A DNA stretch of 62,820 nt, counting the filler. It is 3 parts of 3 records of this genome, joined end to end, with 100 filler letters (N's around TTAATTAATTAA, not from the genome) between each part and the next. Parts side by side here need not be neighbours in the genome. Positions count along the whole stretch, not along the records: positions 53,445 to 62,820 come from DRR378314_210; 2 more parts are not named here. One strand, written 5' to 3'. Position numbers and translations under genes: made by a program. The notes under the pieces were generated by a model, which worked only from the letters and a program-made list of their open reading frames with translations, was not told the DNA's origin and made no database searches. This document shows, piece by piece, positions 60,201 through 62,820 of this stretch. Every line of letters begins with the position of its first letter. Position 1 is the first letter of the stretch.

Positions 60201-60618
60201 GGCGCAGTTCCTGAAGCCGACGGTGATCACGCTGGTCTATGGCCTCGGTTTTGGCATGTTCCTGGTGCTGCTGGTGGTGCCGGCGTTGGTGGCGATCCAG
60301 GCGGATATCTCCCGCCCGATCCAGTCGCTGAAACGGGCGCTGGCGGCGGGGGAACACACGGGCGCGCGTCGTCTGCGGTTGCTGATGGGGCTGAGTGGCG
60401 CGGCGCATCTCGGCTGGCTGGCGGTGACGCTGGGCCAGACCATGGCCACCGGCATCCTGCCCGCAGCGTTCCGGCAGATGCTGCCGGACCTGGCCGATAT
60501 GGAACCGGTCCGCGCGGCGCTCGTGCTCTGCCTGCTTGGTTTTGCGGTGCTGTCGTTCTTGACCTATGTGATCGGTGCGATGGGGGCGCTGCGCGGCTCC
60601 TGGCGCCAGCGCGCCTGA
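57205..60618 (+). CDS. RND efflux permease (AcrB/AcrD/AcrF family)
   Basis: 1137 aa; GIVVDDAIVVGE, NDSIVLV, RLRPVMLTTLTTVLGLAPL. Confidence 0.93.
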   Translation: MATSPIQKASGILSYFTRHRTAANLLLLLLLILGAAAVPNMRAQFFPDVIVESVDVSVVWEGAGPEDVDSAIVQALEPALLAVDGVEDTQSSSREGRAVIDIDFEPGWDMARATDDVQNAVDAVTTLPEDAEDPEVERAIWRDRVTDIVITGPVGAQQLGLLADELILRLFEVGVTRTTIRGVAAPRTIVEVPSSQLIAHDITMAEIASVIAAEVEINPAGEVEGANARVRTGTQKRTPEELEAVVLRSEADGSALTIGDVASIRVEGVDRQRSYFVGENRAMSIRVDRSDKGDAINIQRQVEDVVADMNLSLPQGVEVSLIRTRAEAITGRLDILVDNGLMGLGLVLILLFLFLNARIAFWVAAGIPAAMFAAIALMYLGGLTINMISLFGLIITLGIVVDDAIVVGEHADFRARRLGESPMVAAENAARRMAMPVFAATLTTVIAFFGLVSIGGRFGELIADIPFTVIAVLAASLMECFLILPHHMAHALAHTQEQHWYDAPNRVVNRGFRWCRDRLFRPLMVGVVRARYVVVAGAFVLLASQMALFIKGDVTWRFFNAPERASVSGNFAMVEGATRADTLAQMREFQRAVEELGAEYEERHGRNPVDFVMAEVGGNTGRGLAGTDTKDRDLLGGIAIELIDADLRPYSSFAFVGELQERVVQLPLTEVVSFRGWRSGPGGDALDVQFYGADVPTLKAAAEDLKTAMTRYPEVSAVEDNLAYDKEELVLDLTPQGQALNFTIESLGQALRRRLNGIEAATYPDGPRSAQIRVELPEGELTADFLGRTQMRAPSGIYVPLADIVTVSQRTGFSTVRRENGVRLISVTGDISEDDPVQAEAIMTALETEILPKIAEERQVETRLSGLSEQEDEFLTDARNGFVLCMAGIYLVLCWVFSSWTRPVVVMAIIPFGLVGTIWGHHLWELPMSMFTVVGLLGMTGIIINDSIVLVSTIDEYATERGLVPSIIDGAADRLRPVMLTTLTTVLGLAPLMYESSQQAQFLKPTVITLVYGLGFGMFLVLLVVPALVAIQADISRPIQSLKRALAAGEHTGARRLRLLMGLSGAAHLGWLAVTLGQTMATGILPAAFRQMLPDLADMEPVRAALVLCLLGFAVLSFLTYVIGAMGALRGSWRQRA

Positions 60619-61055
60619 GCCAACCGCCCCAGTTCCGCCACCCGGTCCAGCAGGTCGAGGCCAAGCGCCTCGATCCGCGCCACTGGCACCCAGCGGGCCT
60701 CCAGCGCGTCATCATCGGGCACCGGCTGGCCGGATACATAATGACACAGCGTTGCCACCAGGAAGTACTGCCCGCCAACCACACCATCCGCATCGCGTGG
60801 AATCACATCCAAGGTCATCAGCTGCGCGCCTGGCTCTGCGATCACGCCGGTTTCTTCCTGCAATTCCCGCGCCGCGGCCTCGGCGGCAGTCTCGCCCAGC
60901 TCCACATGGCCGCCGGGAAAGCCCCAGGTCCCTGCGTTTGGCGGGTTCTTGCGCTTCACGAGGATCACGCAATCCTCCCCCTCTACATGCGCACAAACCA
61001 CACCAAGGGCACCAAGGATCGGGCGACGCGGCGGGGCCGTGGGGGTTTTGGTCAT
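60564..61055 (-). CDS. NUDIX hydrolase
   Basis: Nudix box GGHVELGETAAEAAARELQEETG. Confidence 0.88.
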   Translation of the reverse strand: MTKTPTAPPRRPILGALGVVCAHVEGEDCVILVKRKNPPNAGTWGFPGGHVELGETAAEAAARELQEETGVIAEPGAQLMTLDVIPRDADGVVGGQYFLVATLCHYVSGQPVPDDDALEARWVPVARIEALGLDLLDRVAELGRLAQARWRQEPRSAPIAPIT

Positions 61056-61131
61056 CTGGAGGGGGCCTTCTGTCGAGAATCTGTCGGAACGTGGGGCCGC
61101 GGCGACATCAATGCGACATGAATTCAGACGC

Positions 61132-61959
61132 TTAGCCTGATGTGCAGCCCCGGATGTCCACCGCATGAGATGTTCCCAGCACCGTAAAGCGCAGAGCGGA
61201 GCGGTCAACCGCAATCGGGCCGTCACGTGCAGGCAAAAGCTCTGCCTCAGCCACCAATTCAGATCCTTCGCGCCAGGATTTGGTTTCGGTGGCCACCAGG
61301 GCTGCGCCCCCGCCCTCGATCACGGCGTATTCTTCCGCGCCGGCGGAGGGCATGGAAATCCGGGCCAACACCTTCATGCCATAGGGGGTCGGCGACAGGT
61401 GGCAGGTGACACCGCGCACCCTTGCCTCGGACGCGGAGTATGGTCGGGCCGCCAGCGCAGCGGCAATCGCCGGGTGGCGCCCGGCCGCAAGATCGGCACG
61501 GTGATCAAAGCGCAATTCGGAAGGAATGCAGACATCCTTGCACAGGCCCAGTTCCATGCGCCCCTTTAGGCGGATCGGCTTGCCGGGGCTCTTGGGCGTG
61601 ATCTCGATCGGCAGCACCAACTCGTCGTGATAGCCAATGGTGCGCATGCCCGAAGTCAGGAAAACCTCCGGCGTTGGCCATGTAATGCGGAGATCGGCGA
61701 CGTTCCGGGAGCCTTGCCAGTGGAATTGGGGCGGAATGCCCGCATCGCCCGGCGCGCGCCAATAGGTCTTCCACCCGTCTTCAAGCCGCAGATGCAACGC
61801 ACCGAGATAGCGCCCGTCCGCAGTCGGGCCGCCGTCCAGCACGTTGATCGTCGCCACATTGTCCCAGTTGTTGCCGGCCATCGATGGCACGGCACCAGAG
61901 GTCAAAGACGCCAGCGCCAGTGCGGCAGACGCCAGAAAAGATCGCAGATTTACACTCAT
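61132..61959 (-). CDS. DsbD N-terminal-domain protein (periplasmic thiol-disulfide interchange)
   Basis: Signal peptide; GWKTYWRAPGDAGIPP, WPTP, CKDVCIP. Confidence 0.85.
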   Translation of the reverse strand: MSVNLRSFLASAALALASLTSGAVPSMAGNNWDNVATINVLDGGPTADGRYLGALHLRLEDGWKTYWRAPGDAGIPPQFHWQGSRNVADLRITWPTPEVFLTSGMRTIGYHDELVLPIEITPKSPGKPIRLKGRMELGLCKDVCIPSELRFDHRADLAAGRHPAIAAALAARPYSASEARVRGVTCHLSPTPYGMKVLARISMPSAGAEEYAVIEGGGAALVATETKSWREGSELVAEAELLPARDGPIAVDRSALRFTVLGTSHAVDIRGCTSG

Positions 61960-62137
61960 GTCAAAGCTATCGCCGGAGGCTCCGTAAAAGCCAAGTCACA
62001 TCCGGGCGAGGCTACCGTAATGTCACCGAAACGTGACAGGCGGCGACGGCGAAGGGGGGCAGGGCGGAGGGTTGCAACTGCTGTTTCCGCGCGTCATGCT
62101 GGGTGCAAAGGCCGCGCGCCGCAACAGAGGCAGTCAC

Positions 62138-62692
62138 ATGGAACTGACAGGTAAGTTGCTGATCGCAATGCCGGGAATCGGCGATCCCCGATTTGACAAC
62201 TCGGTGGTATTGCTGTGTTCGCACGGGGATGAGGGGGCGATGGGCTTGATCATCAACAAGCTCGCCTCGGGTGTTGTTCTGAAATCGCTGTTTGACCAGT
62301 TGGAGATAGAGACGCGGCCCGCCGCAGGACATACGCCGGTCTATTTCGGCGGCCCGGTGGAAACCCAGCGCGGGTTCGTGCTGCATTCCGATGAATACAT
62401 TTCCACGGTGAATTCGCTCCCGATCAAACCGGGGGTCTCGATGACCGCCACACTGGACGTGCTGGAGGAAATCGCCGAGGGGCGCGGCCCGGAGCAATAT
62501 CTGGTGATGCTTGGGTATGCCGGTTGGGGGCCAGGGCAGCTGGAAGACGAGATCGCCCAGAACGGCTGGCTCACGGCGGATGCGGAGCCGGAGATGATCT
62601 TCACCGACACCGCCGATGACAAATGGGAGGCGGCACTGGCCAGTATTGGCGTGACGCCGCTGAACCTGTCGATGGATGCCGGTCACGCCTGA
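62138..62692 (+). CDS. YqgE/AlgH family protein
   Basis: LLIAMP..GDPRF, GAMGLIIN, GGPVETQRGFVLH, LGYAGWGPGQLEDEI..NGW. Confidence 0.93.
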   Translation: MELTGKLLIAMPGIGDPRFDNSVVLLCSHGDEGAMGLIINKLASGVVLKSLFDQLEIETRPAAGHTPVYFGGPVETQRGFVLHSDEYISTVNSLPIKPGVSMTATLDVLEEIAEGRGPEQYLVMLGYAGWGPGQLEDEIAQNGWLTADAEPEMIFTDTADDKWEAALASIGVTPLNLSMDAGHA

Positions 62693-62820
62693 GGCAGGCA
62701 CTGAGGCACGGCGGTGAACGGTTGGGTGGCAACAGACGCGGCGGCCAAGGGCAAGGCGGGGAGCTCCCGCCCGTCGCATCTGCATTGAAAATGCAGACCC
62801 TCCCGTTGGGCCGGGCGCCG

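Overview
The window is three separate contigs joined by two artificial 100-nt spacers (44 N + TTAATTAATTAA + 44 N, at 28087-28186 and 53345-53444). Segment 1 (1-28086) is GC-rich gammaproteobacterial DNA, Alcanivorax-like by gene content (inference). It holds two TRAP transporter operons that share a near-identical palindromic operator, an amidase, glyoxalase I and stress genes. It also has an aminotransferase / ATP-grasp ligase / uncharacterised papain-like Cys-His-Asn protein / deacetylase neighbourhood, a soluble chemoreceptor-like protein, a haloalkane dehalogenase, a PhoX lipoprotein and a four-gene Zorya type III-like anti-phage operon ending in REP-like repeats. Segment 2 (28187-53344) is an ops/JUMPstart-headed, compositionally mosaic surface-glycan locus. 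It encodes a beta-CASP nuclease, diacetamido-uronic acid, legionaminic acid-type and bacillosamine-type pathways, a PglK-like ABC flippase, a Wzy-like protein and a sulfotransferase-like gene. Segment 3 (53445-62820) looks like Rhodobacteraceae housekeeping DNA (UDG, moaB, RND pump, DsbD-N, YqgE) and probably comes from a different organism. The best candidate for an undescribed system is the ATP-grasp ligase plus papain-like protein module at 4867-10752.
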